A DNA stretch of 64,000 nt from the human T2T-CHM13v2.0 reference genome, Homo sapiens (GCF_009914755.1 NC_060934.1); one strand, 5' to 3'; positions 41,886-56,798 are shown, counted from the first letter of the stretch. Notes: generated by a model not told the origin, from the sequence alone. Numbers and translations: made by a program.

Positions 41886-44660
41886 GCCATCCCATATCCC
41901 ATTACTCACCGCACTAACCATCCTTCCTTATCAAATAAGTTTCTTTAGTTTCTCTAGATAAATTACCTTCTAGATTTGTTCTCATTCCCCTTCGTACCAG
42001 TTTCTACTTTCTTCAGTTAAAGTCTATCCCAAAGGCCATAAAAGCTTTCTTGATGATCACGGCTCTCAAAAGCCTTTCTATTTCCAAATATCTATGCTTT
42101 TATAATCCAGCCCACGCAGGTCAGCCTTTGCCAATGGATTGCTTTGTAATAAGATAACAGCTACCTAGTTGTGAGCTTTCTTTGTTGAAGGTGCTGTCTA
42201 TGTGCTACACAAAACTATTTCATCCTCCCTGCAATCATACGAAGCAGACATTTTTGAGAAAATAAGGGGCAGAAACTGGAATCCTCCAGAGCAGTTAGGG
42301 ACAGACTCACGTGCTTGGCCCTCATACTCTCTTGCCACAATCCTCATCCTCTGTTGATATTATATCATCCATAGCACCCAGCAGAAAATTGAAAACTGTG
42401 TGTGTGTATTAATAAAAAATAGTGGCTGACTTGATATCAACATTGCATTTGGATATGCAGATTTTTATGTTCTTTCACAATGACCCTGACATCTGAAAAG
42501 AAATTTTTTTAAAAAGTAACCATCAAAATTATACTGCAATTCTCCACATCATCACATTTACATGATATCTTAGAGTTCCCAGAATAGCCAAAATGGTTGA
42601 TATTTGAATTTCCAGGCATTTCTACTTTTAGCCTATATTGCAGATACCATTTTTACATTAATTTTGAACTCCTTCTTTTATCTTTAGCAAGAATTCAAAA
42701 GGGTGAGGATGAGGGACAAAAACAGAAATGATGAGAAGATAATTGCATGCTCAACCACACTAGAACAATTGCTCCAAAACCTGATATAGTGAAAAGGATG
42801 TCATGAATCATGAGGTAAAAAACAGCTTCAGAGTTAAGTGGCTAACCACAAAAACTGCATGTAAACCAATTAGCCCATGAGAGAGACACAGAGTCCACAA
42901 ATGCACAGCATGCATTTTTTTTAAACCACTTACCTAGGAAGGAGAGATAGTAATTGCAAAAATGAGATTATGAAAGTGCTTACTCTGTGACTGTATCAAG
43001 AGATGCTGGCAAGGTGCTAACTGTGCCAAGAATAAAATATAAAAATAAAAATATAGGCGATTACATACTCCAGATAAATATTCGACTTACTGACTAGCCC
43101 CAAAATAATTTCCTTGCCCAAATTAAGTCCAGAGGTATTTTCAGTATTATGATAGTATAAAAAACAAAGCAAAACAAAACAATATTTCTTCCTTTCATTC
43201 ATCCTTTTTCTTTCCTCCTCCTGACTTGTGCAAGCCTCACCAATGAATTCTAGGAGAGAATGGGTATGTAACATGGATGTGGGCTGTTTGTATAAGAAGG
43301 AATTCTGTGAATCTGTTCTATATAAACATTTTTCAGGTAGATGTTCAAAGACTTTATATGATGCCAGGGATCCAAATCTTTGACTTTTTAAATATTTCAT
43401 ATGCAGTATTGAGTTTATTAGAAAACTAATGAAGTGAAGTACTGATACCTTAATGAGAAAATGAACACAACTTACTATTATTATCAACATAGCAACCTCT
43501 GACATAAAATCTATCCCCCCGACCCTATTTTTACAAATCCAATACCATTTAAGGAATGATTGGATTAATATTTCCCTTTTCTTTGAAAATATTTTAAAAC
43601 ACAGTTGGATCTCATTTTTTATAGCATTTTATTTTTTGGCTTGGCAAAAGTTCACACTTGCAATAGGAGATTATATGACATTTGCAAATATTGTTCCAAA
43701 AGGAAACTCCAAAGTGTTGGAAAGCATTCATTCTAGTTATTTAGCTACACAATGTGAATTTTTTTTAATGATGGAATTATAATTGTATGCAAATGGAATA
43801 TAGGTTTATGGATTACCCCAAATACATACAATACTATAGTAGGTTTTATATGTTGATTAGTACTCAAGAAAATTTGCCTTTTAGTATTCATCTATGATAA
43901 TGATTTTCTTCAGTTACTGGCTGTATATATAACAAGGATTACAAGAAGTAGAAATTAAATATATATTCCATCTAAACTATAATATATTTTTATTTTTAAT
44001 TTCAATTGGACTTAGACAACTTAGTCATTTGATTTACAAATAATTCTGCATGGGGAAAGTCTTTAGATATAATTTACTACAAGAGAAAGTGACCAACCAT
44101 GTGATTTTAAAAATTATGCATAAATTTGTATGTTGAAAGATTAAATTTTATTTTAAGCCACTTATGAAAGATGTAAAATACAATTTTGCATTCTGAGATT
44201 TGTCTGTTTGCTTGCTTTTTGTTATTTTGGAATCATACCATATGAGAAATTTCAAGGGCAAGTAATTTTTTGAGGAAATAAGTAAAAATAAGTTCAAAAA
44301 ACATTTTCAATGTAAATACAGAAGGTAACCACTTTAAAAGTATGTTGATAAACTTCATTTATAAGTTAACAGTGTGAAAGTTGGTACATGGCAAAGTTGA
44401 CTAAAAATGCTAAATTTGACACATTAGAACTAATAGTAAAAAAAGGACATTTTTAAGTACTGTTTAACATTTATTTTCTAATTTGTGAACTTCTTAGTTA
44501 ATTTGGAAACTCTTTAGTTATTTCACGTAATAAATATTTTAAAATTTATTTCAAGATTATTGATAAATTTTTTAAAATCTTACAAATATTGCCTACATGG
44601 TGATGACATTTGTGTGAAAAAAAGGTAAATTAAAACAAAACTATATACTTATTTACTGTA

Positions 44661-45808
44661 GGAAGAGTCTTCAAAAAATTCATAAAAAAATGCATATTAT
44701 TTTAAAAATTAGGCATGGAGTTTTAAGATTTTTTGCACCAAAATAAACTCATATTAACTAGTTATAACATATCTGAAGAGGATCTAGTTTGAAGCACTAA
44801 GAAGGATAAGATATCAGTGTGAAAAAAGCCCCTATCAGAGCAACATAACTTATGCTAAAATATAAACAAGAACAAACAAATTTATGTTGAAGCTCGGGTG
44901 GAAGAATGATGAAATCATTGCTATTTTACCAAAAGTTTATGGGGATAATGCCCCAAATAAATAATCAGTTTATAAGTGGATAACCTGCTTTAAGAAGGAA
45001 CTAGATGATGTTGAAGATGAAGCCCACAGCAGCAGACCATCCACATCAATTTTTGAGGAAAAAAAAAACAATCACCTTGTTTGGGTCCTAACTAACAAAG
45101 ACTGACAACAGCAGAAACATTAGCCAACAACATAAACATCTCAATTGTTCAGTTTATGCAATTCTGACTGAAAAACTAATTGAGCACACTTTCCACTCAA
45201 TCGGTACTAAAACCAATGCACCCAAAACAGATGCAGACAAGAGCAGAGCTTTCAGCAGAAATTTTAAACAAACGGGATCAAGACCCTAAAGCGTTTCTTC
45301 GAAGATTTGTAACAGAAGATGGAATGTGGCTTTACCAGTATGATCCTGAAGACAAAGCACAAACAAAGCAATGGCTACCAAGAGGTGGAAGTGGTCCAGT
45401 CACAGCAAAAGCAGACTGATCAAGAGCAAAGGTCATGGCAACAATTTCTGCGGATGCTCAAGGCATTTTGCTTGTTGACTTTCTAAAGGGTCAAAGAACA
45501 ATGAATATCTGCTTATTCTGTGAGAGTTTTGAGAAAGCCAAAGAGCAGAAAAATGCCCAGGAAAGCTTCACCAGAGAATCCTCTCATCAAACAAGGGCAA
45601 TTTTGTGAGCATTTCAATGGGAAATCATGAGGCGTTCACCCTACAGTTGTGATTTGGCTTCTTCTGACAGGAATGGACTAAGTGGCTGATTTTTTTTCCT
45701 TTCAAGGGTGTCTGGAACTTTATGGAGCTTATGTTGAGAAACAAAGTTTATGTTTTTATTTTTATCTTTTAATTCCATTTTCCACAAACTCTTTTAAGTC
45801 TTTCCACA
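44661..45808 (+). mobile_element. Hsmar2 mariner DNA transposon, internally deleted
   Basis: TA-flanked degenerate TIRs (gagtcttcaaaaaattcat / ccacaaactcttttaagtc); transposase peptide FLRRFVTEDGMWLYQYDPEDKAQTKQWLPRGGSGPV; decayed YSPDLAPSD motif (YSCDLASSD) near 45640-45668. Confidence 0.93.
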
Positions 45809-46048
45809 TAAGCATAAATAAATATGTGACAGAATAACATCTCAAAATAATAATCCTTTGGATTATTTATATTTGTCTCTCTTAATCCCCAAGGCATTCT
45901 CAGCCCATAGGGAAACAGAAGCAGAAATTCAAAGAAACTGCTGACCTATATCCAGGTCAGAAAGGTTTGGATTCATGCTTGAAGAGACCAATGTCTGCTC
46001 ATAAAGTTTAGTTAAACTGGGTCTAGACAGAAAGGATCAAGAAGATGA

Positions 46049-46412
<364 letters not shown>

Positions 46413-46956
46413 TGGACTGCACTTCTATGCTGATGGCAGATCCCTGCCATCCATCTCTTGGGGACATTTGTAAGTGGCTATTACAGGGTCAGAGAATTGG
46501 ACACCATGTGTGAGAATGACCAAGAAAGAAGTGTCCAGAATAAGTTAGGAATTTTTTAAACACAATGGAAAAACGCATAGGAAAAGACTTAGAAAAAAAT
46601 ATATACCAAAGGGATAGTCTTAATCTCTGGGGCAGCTAGTGGATTTGTAGGAGAAGGGAGTCAAAGAGAATTGTTGCATTATCTCTGGTTTAAAAGTTTT
46701 ACAACAAGAAATTGTTTGTTTAGTATTTGTGTAATTCAAATATTTTTAAATCATTGATTTTTCAAAAGAGGAAGACAAATTGGAATAAGATGTTTTTAAT
46801 TTTTTGACAGCTAATGATTTTTTTTAAAAGTGATTTTTGCTAGAAGTTAGGGAGCAAATCAGGATTTTTGCTAAGATTCTAAATGGCTCTTCTGGTCATT
46901 TCCAGGAGCTTTATACGTTGTGTTCATAACATTTAACTTCATGTCAAAACAAATCA

Positions 46957-47304
46957 GGCTAGGCATGGTGCCTCACGCCTGTAACACCAACACTTTGGGA
47001 GGCCAAGGCAAGAGGATGGCTTGAGCTCACAAGTTCCAAACAAGAGCCTGGACAACATAGGGAAACCCCATCTCTCCAAAAAAAAAAAAAAAAAAAAAAG
47101 CAAAAGCTGAGCTTGATGTGATGGTGCACACCAATAGTCCCAGATACTTGAAAGGCTGGGACTTTCAAGTCCTTTTTGAGGTGGGGAGATTGCTTGAGGC
47201 AGGGAGTTCAAGGCTACAGTGAGCCATAATCGCGCTACTGAACTCCAGCCCGAGCGGCAGAACAAGACTCTCAAAACACAAATTTTTTTTTTTTTTAAAA
47301 AAAA
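46957..47304 (+). mobile_element. AluJ with expanded middle A-tract and a 20-nt templated insertion
   Basis: J-type arms (ggagttcaaggctacagtgagccataatcg); approximate TSD aaa(a/g)caaatca. Confidence 0.88.
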
Positions 47305-47474
47305 GCAAATCAATTTCCTTTTCACTGAAATAGTCATATTTCTTATCACTTGCAATAATAAGACATTTGTCAGATATGATTTGGATTGATTTGAGGGAGG
47401 TGGAAAAATAACCAAAATTGGAAGAGAAGAGGGGAAGTATGAAGGTAGCTACAAAGGATGTGTGCATGTGTATA

Positions 47475-47725
47475 ATGATAGCTGCCATTTGTTAGCATGA
47501 ATTGAGCATTTTTTGTATGCTAGCCACTAGATTTTTTAGCACAGTACATACATGAATTACATGACTCATTCTCTAAAACAACTTTAGGAGGTAGGAGTTA
47601 TTACTATCGTTTTACAAATTAGGCATTTGAAGGACAAAATGTTAAGCAGCTTGTCCAAGGCCACAGAGCTGGTGAGGGGTGGAGAGGAGAAGTGAGCTCT
47701 AGAGTTATACTTTTAGCCACCACAC
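47475..47725 (-). mobile_element. MIR
   Basis: acaactttaggaggtagg...gttaagcagcttgtccaaggccacagagctgg. Confidence 0.8.
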
Positions 47726-47866
47726 TATGATTCTTTCAGTGTATGTGATGACAATTGGCAGAGAAGGAATTAACCGAGGCCAGGTAGAAAAAGACAAGAG
47801 AGAGGCAAGTGGAATGTAGAAAGTTAAGTAGGCAATCAATTTTGTATTAGATGGTTCCTTACACTA

Positions 47867-47881
47867 CCACCAGGTGGCAGT
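47867..47881 (+). promoter_or_regulatory. CTCF core motif, forward orientation
   Basis: CCACCAGGTGGCAGT fits CCASYAGRKGGCRSY at every position; occupancy not shown. Confidence 0.65.
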
Positions 47882-48779
47882 GGCAGCTCAGGACAGATTA
47901 ATTATTGTCTGGAGCAAGAGGGTTCAACAATAGGCCTCAGGGTGGATATGGAATACTGAAACTGTACCACCTCTGTTCAAATGTATGAGATGTTTGCAAG
48001 TCAAATGTAACTCTTCAAGGAACCTTCCTGATTCTGGCTTAAGACAAGAGTTAAGAATTAATATTCTCATTAATTCTATATGACCTCAAAATTTGTCATT
48101 GTGATTAATACCATTATCTTGATAAGGATGCAGTCCTCTGCCAAGTATACATATACCAGTTTATTAAAACATTTTCCTTTTTCTCCAGGGTCATTACAAA
48201 AAAGATGGCAATGCAACTCAAGATTAAAGTAAAATGGTAATTTGCACAAATAATTGTGTCACTGGTCTATAATTAGATGATATTTAGCAAGGAAATCTAG
48301 GATTACTGAGTCCTGTTTCTGCCTAACAACTCTGACCGGTGAAGTTCCTGAGACAAAAAGTCACAAGAGGCGAATGCAAATGATAAACAAGTCCCTCCTC
48401 CCTTCTTTGAAGGTTAACTAGCTGCTAATCACCCCCAATTTCGAGCTTGCTGGAAAACTGAACATTTGCCAATTATTTGGTCTCAAGGACTAAGTGGAGC
48501 TCTGCCTTCATTTAAGCCCCTATTTTTTCCACGAATTGGTTGCCAAGATGAGCTGCATGAGCTTGTCTAAAAGTCTAAATTCCTCTGACCCTCTGTGAGC
48601 AGATGAGAGCTCAGGATGGCTGGCCTGCTTTCAGGGGCTGTGCTCTGGGTCACTTTTCCCTATGGAGATAGGAAAACAGCAGAAAATGTAGGGGCAAGAG
48701 CTAAGAAAGAGAGCCACACCAATGTACAGGAACATTCAGCACAGAATGATCTTGAGACTAGTAAATTGTGGTCTAATCA

Positions 48780-49224
<445 letters not shown>

Positions 49225-50011
49225 TTATCTTCTTCTGGGTTTGAGCCATTAGCCATAAGCAACTATTGAGCACTTAAAAATATGACTGAGGAATTGTAGA
49301 GACTGAGAAACTGAATTTTTTATTTGATTTGATTTTAAGTAACTTAAATTTAAAAACTTAAGCAGTGTAAAATATTTTTTCTGTTCAATATAGCTTTATT
49401 GTTTTGGTAGAACTATATTTCACTTTAACTATAGTGCATTTTGTCTGCATCAATGGATTTGATGCAGTTGAGATGATTTTTGTAATGTGTTTATGTGAAT
49501 TTTTTATGCAGGCAGCAGGAGTCACAGTGATACTTATATAAATTATAATTGTTAATTAAGCTGAAATATTTTAAGGATATTGTAATTAAATTTTTTTTAG
49601 TTAAAATTAGTAAAAGCAAATTTCAAATATAAAATAAAGGAATGCATCAGATGCAGAATCAGTTGAAAATGAAGATGCTAGTATTTTGATAGACACAGTA
49701 AAAAGAAAAAGAAAAACATAGGTCAAATAGTAATGATGAGGGGCAATTATGCTTTGTTGTCATATCAAAACAAAAAGCTGCTTGCTCGTGTAAAAAAAAT
49801 TAAGATAATAAAGTGGACAGTGTTTAGGAGATGTGTAGTAAGTTTGATAATTTTTTTCTCAACAGTCATAAAAATTTGCAAACTTAGTCACATAAAAAAA
49901 TTATAATTCAATCTTTAAAGAAAAATGTTTAAATAATTTTTTAACAGAATCTGAGTTGGACAAGTCATAAAATGGTTTGAATTCCTGAACAAAAAGAGAA
50001 AATCATTTTTA

Positions 50012-50251
<240 letters not shown>

Positions 50252-50801
50252 TTATAAGAAAAAAATCTAAAAAAGATATTTTATAAAAAGTGAAAGATCT
50301 TCAATAAAATAGCAATTACGAGTAGAATGTACTCTTTCTAGAAATATTAAAAATAAATTAATTTAAAAATTTTAAAAATTGAAAGTCTTTTATTTTTTAG
50401 CTTTAGATGAGTCATAAAATATAAGAGAGACTGCGCAATCAATACCATTGGTACAATTGTTTCAACCTTCAAATTTATAAAGAAATGCTGTCAACCCATG
50501 ACCTATTAAATTAATTTGTGGTATAGACACATACTTTGGACTTTCACCATAAGGAAAAATTTTAAATAGATCTGGAAAAATCAGTTTTTATCTCAATAGA
50601 CTCCAGCCACATTAAATAAAAATGTGAATATACAGGAATTTTAAAACAAGAGATGGATGTTTTCCTTATTTTTTCATCCCACTGTATAATGCACATTGGA
50701 AATATTTGTGCTCTACTTTCTAAGAGATTGAAAATTGTCATAAATGCAATCGTTAAAATCATTCAAATTTAAATTCAAAGGCCATGAATTATTGCTAATT
50801 A

Positions 50802-51109
<308 letters not shown>

Positions 51110-54100
51110 CAATACAGATTCAATAATCTTGTGTTCTTTGTTAATGTCCATTAAATGAGTCATGGAAGAACTTTACAAAGATTTACTGTATACTTCAAAT
51201 CAAGATTTTTTTGAAACCAAAAGAAACAAAAGATGAAAATAGCAGGGCAAATTGTGTTTTCTCGCTTAATATTACACTTCATAAAAATAAACTTGAAGCT
51301 CCAAGAAAAGGAAAACTCTTTTGTGACCTAACTAAGCAGGTTTGAGAATTTATGTTAAAATGGAAGTGTTGCAAAATACAAATCAATAGTAATTATTTTA
51401 TACATTTTTCTGATATGAAACAATATACAGAAGATTTTAATTATAATCATCATACTGGGTTTGGCTGCAAAAAGTACAAAAAATGTAAGAAACACTTTGT
51501 TGATACAGACAAAATTTTAGAGTTTCTTTTCAATTTATGAAATGCCTACTTTGAATTTGATAATACTGAGTTGACACAAGAGTTAATGAATTTACTTAAC
51601 TTGGATATACATAGTTTGAAACTGATGCAGTTTTGCTTCAAAGGAAAATCAATTATTCTAAAGAATGATAAACCTATTTTGCAAATTAGATGTGACTGTT
51701 AAAGAAAATGATTTTTTGTTGCTCATTTCAGTTAGTGGAAAACGTTTAAGTATATTTGGAAAAGCATAGGTAGTTGAATCTACTTTTTCAACTGTAAATC
51801 TTATGAAATGTAATTCCTGATCACATATTTCCAGTGAAAATTTAGCTCCCATACAATATGTATTATAGCCTATAGGTGTTGTAGACACACGAGATTTCAA
51901 AAATGTAGTCCCAAATAATGTAAAATATCCCATTAATATTTTTTAATGTTGATAATTTGTTCAAATGATGTTTTTGATGCATTGAATTGAATAACGTATA
52001 GCACTAAAATTAATTTCACCTGCTTCTTCTATTTTTGTACTTACTATAAAATTCAAAATTACCTACATGGCTCACATTGTCCTATTGAACAACATTAAGG
52101 TAGACCATGTTCAGAATTACTTGGAGAGTTTTACTGAACTCTGAAGGATTTCAGAATCAAATTTTGCCCTAAAGCTCTTACAATGTTTGGCTCCAGAGTA
52201 CAACCTCAAAATGAAAGAAAATGTGATATATATTTCCCCCCTGGCAGGATGCTTTTCTTGTTTCTTACAGTCCTTAAGTATTGTTTACCTAATATCTGGT
52301 ATATGGTATCTGTATTAGTCCTATAAGACACATCTTTCTTAAATTTGTAACTGTCCCTTCATCTCACAGTTTTCTAATGACCTTCTACAGAAAGCCTTAA
52401 ACCCAACATCTGCCTTCCCCAGAAATCTTATCTTTTTTCCATCCAAGTCCCAAAAAGCTACTACTGCCCTCATTTTCTTTTACCTTCTCCATTGCACACA
52501 CATCTGCTAATGCTAATTGGCTTTCTTTAAGATCTCCTAGAGGGAATCAGACATTCTAACCCACAGAGAGGTTATCATTTCGTTCATCTGGTTCTGCAAA
52601 CATTAAGAAGTTACTATCTACTTACTGAAAGACATGTTGCCTCATCTTTGTATAAACTTACAAAAAGGAAAGAAAACCCAGTGGGTTCATGCTTTCTTTG
52701 CTTCCAATTTGTGGCTCAGAAAAAAATCAAAATTATTGTAGAACACGAGTCCAAAAGCTAAACAAAATAGACATATTTATCAGACAAGGACTGATTTAGA
52801 AAGTGTTTTTGAAGATTAGCATGCAGAGGGAGACAAAGTTTAATGTTAAAAAGCATGCTCTGCAAGACTGAAATGTTATTTAAGAAATTAAGTTTGAAAT
52901 TGTTTTAATTAGTATACATGTGGAAACAATAGAAATCCACCAACTAGAAAATATATCCATCCAATCCTGAATGTGCCCAGGCATTTTATGAATCATTTTA
53001 TGTTAGAATTCCAAGAAAGAGAATATTATAACTCTTTAGTAACAGCAAATTTATCCTATAATTACTTTCTCTCTTTCTATTCCCTTGTTTATGTGCCCCT
53101 TATAATGTGAGCATCACTGGATATGATTGCAGAGTTTGAAGATACATCTTTTTCATACAGCATTTCCCCTATTTCTGGAGTAAAAATTGGTTATCAGACT
53201 AACTGAAAGATACTATATTTGGAGCTTTTCATAGAGTAAAAAATAAATTATTTTATGAGCAACTTAAAGAATTTTCAAGAATAACTTTTATAAATGCAGC
53301 GTTTGCCTTAAGTACTAATTTCAGAATCTAACTTTGACTGAAATGAGACTCTGCTAGATTAGTCAAAATCTGCCTCTTGACTATTTCTCTTCATTAGCTG
53401 TGAGTTTTTTCGCTTAGAGTCATTAAATCTCTTTTTCTCTTACACAGAAGTGAGAGGGAAACCTGAAATCCTAGGCCTGGGAGGGGTGGAGGCCTTTAGC
53501 ATCACGTAGCTTTGTACAGATTCAAAAAGCACTGGATGACTGTTGAGGGTTTTTGAATAAGCAGTTTAGGTGAGATGATATATTTTTAAGACACCAAACT
53601 GATTTTCTCCATTTTTTGTTACCTCGTAATCCTTAATCCAGAGACTCAAATGCCTGTAATTACTTGTAAGAAGATAGAGAATGAAGTCAATTTTCGGTCT
53701 GAAAAATTTGATTCAATTTTTTTTTTATCCAGAGCAAGATAATATCTACCAAGTCATGATTTTACTTTTTTTTTAAGAAAAATAGATTTTTTAAATCCTA
53801 AAGCTTCCTTTTTACATCAAGGATCGAACTTAGAATTTAAGGCTTAGAGCTTTGCTATGGTACTCTGTGAGGAAAGATAAAAGAGATGGTGTTTCCTTGG
53901 GATAGAAAATAGAAATAGAAAACTCTTCAACTTCTGAGATTAGAAAATGAGGGGCTGTAAAAACCAGGTGATTTAGGTGAGGATGAGCAAGCTGCCCAAG
54001 GTCCTTTGGGTGAGGTTTAGAGAGAAGAGGCATATGATAGCCTCTGAACTGGATTCTGTATTGTGCAAGGGGAAATCAGAGAACAGCCAAGCTTCTGCTC

Positions 54101-54730
54101 TGCTTCCTGCATCGTGCAACATGGCGCATAGTGCTGGATCAGTAACAGGCAGAGAAAGGGTCTAGATGTGTAGCCTTGGGACAGCAAACCCCTGGTCTAC
54201 AGTCTGCACCTGATATGGAAAAGGCCCAGATATTCCAGCATGACCATGTGAGGGAAGAATTATGTGAGTCGAGAATGAAAAGACAGAATAACTAAATAAA
54301 ATTAGGCATAACTGCCAAGGGGTTATCATGTGCTCGAGGTGTGGAGACCACTGCAAGGTCAACAGCCCCAAGAAAATGGCAATAAGTCTCAGAGAATCAA
54401 GGCTGCCAGAAAGAATCAAAGTTCAGAGCCTCACTAGCATGAGGAGTTTGCTGACTTTCATAGAAGCAGTCACTCAGCTCTGTCTACCCAGACAGCACAG
54501 ACCTTAGCTTTAGAATCCACAGATACTACAGCAAACACATGCAGCAAGGAGAGAGAACAATGCCAAGACCTCCCTTTTATTCATCAGTCAGAGTCAGCAG
54601 GGCTGGCAGAGGACGTGGATCATAGCTGTCTTTTACTTCTTCTCACGAGATTGCATGTCCCTAGATACCATCCTAAAAGCATTGAAGAGGTAAGAAATCC
54701 AAAATGATTGTTTACCCTTAAGAGTGTTTT

Positions 54731-55041
<311 letters not shown>

Positions 55042-56798
55042 TTAACCTGAGAGCCTTTAAAACCACAAGAGACAGAGTTACTGTTCATCAGGTTTTAGGG
55101 TTGTTTGTTTGGGATTTTTTTTTTTTTTAATCAGCATGATGGAGGGCAAAATAAGGTCAATTATAGAACATAACAAATTACTATTTTTGTACAACTTAAT
55201 TGGCGTGTGTAAATGTTAACCTGGCTGTAGAAGTATCTGTATGCTGTTCAACCCCCTTCTTTCCTACCTTATACAAACTCTCTCATCAACACAATGTAGA
55301 ATTTACTTTTTTCACTATCCCTACTGGTAGTAAAGATAATAATATGTACAGAAATTTAGCAGATATGAGTCAAATACAATCAAAATGTTTCTTGAAACAT
55401 TAGGAGAAATAGGAAGTATTTACATATGAATCAGGCAAGAGTGAAAAAGAAAACCTTATTCTCAAAGAAAAACTGCCACTTTGGATGGTGGTCAACTGGC
55501 ATGGTTTATTTTGACTACCATCCTCCATGTATTTAATGAATGAGGCAAGCCCGTTGGCTTGTTACAATAACAACTTGGCAGTTAGACATCCTCCTAAACA
55601 ATGTGCCAGCTTGAGAGGATAATTGACAATGCCACACACTGTGATCATTTATAACCCTGGGGTGTTCTTCTGAGATTTATTTTTAGTTATTTGATGACAC
55701 AATTTTCCTGATCCACAATATTTTGCTCTTTTCCCCCAACGTTCGTCTCTGACCAAACCACAAAATGAATGCTCGATAAATCATCTCATATTCTTGCCAC
55801 TTAAAAATCTTTTCTGCTTGTTTTCTTAAACTCTCCACTTGTTTGCTGCTCAGATGTACCTCTTATTTTAAGAAGCTAAAGAGGCAAATAGTTTTTAATT
55901 GCCCTGCAAATATTTACATCCTATACATCCTGTGATTACAGCAATTACACTTATCAGTTTTCCACCCCCTGCTAAAGTAACCGCAACATTATCATGAGGA
56001 AATCATGAAAAAAAAAAAAAAGCTGCAGCACACTCATTCCACTTTGAATATAATGGAAGAAGAAATGCCCATCCTTCACTAACTTGAACTACAAGATTAT
56101 TTTCCACCCTCAGGAGGAATTGGTCTTTTCCCACCACTGATGGGCCACCACTGTTGCAGGATTTATGTGTTACCTCGGAAATACCAAAAAGATAGTTCTA
56201 TTACAATGTTGTATCCTATAAATACTCGAGTTATGCCTGTAATTGCCTTGAAATACATTGCCTGCTGTGCTTGCTTATGTCCAAGAGCAGGTTAGAAGGT
56301 CAGACTCAGACCTTTTGTAGCCTTGATAACTGGCTGTTACATGATTATGAAGTGAGTGGGAGAAGAAGCAATAGTTAATATTTGTGTTTCATTCACCAAA
56401 GAAATCCTTCTGGAACTCTTCATGGGATAATGATGAAATTCATTCGATTCATATTTGCATTTAAAGTATTAAGGTTTTTTCAAAAATAAAATATATAGCA
56501 AGGGCAGAAATTTTTGCTCGCAAATAGACCTTTCTAGTAATTTCAGTGTCAGATGTTGTATAGACTCTGTGCCTCAGACATTTAATGGCCTTTTCCCTGG
56601 ACTCTTGCTCTTGGAATAGATTAGATTTAGAATCTGAAAATAGCAATGCCAATGCCAGGCTGGGTGGGGAGTACTGTGTGGTTCTGCCAAAGTACATGAT
56701 GAGCTGTTCCCTAAGTAACTGGGTCATTTCTGAAATTCACGAGGGAAGAGGCACACTTGTGTTCTGTTTGCATGGAACAACAGTGACATCCAGTGCTA

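Noticed and set aside
45180-45419. Mariner peptide as a domesticated transposase gene
   Set aside because: Start codon lost, in-frame stops, catalytic-region deletions; no exon context.
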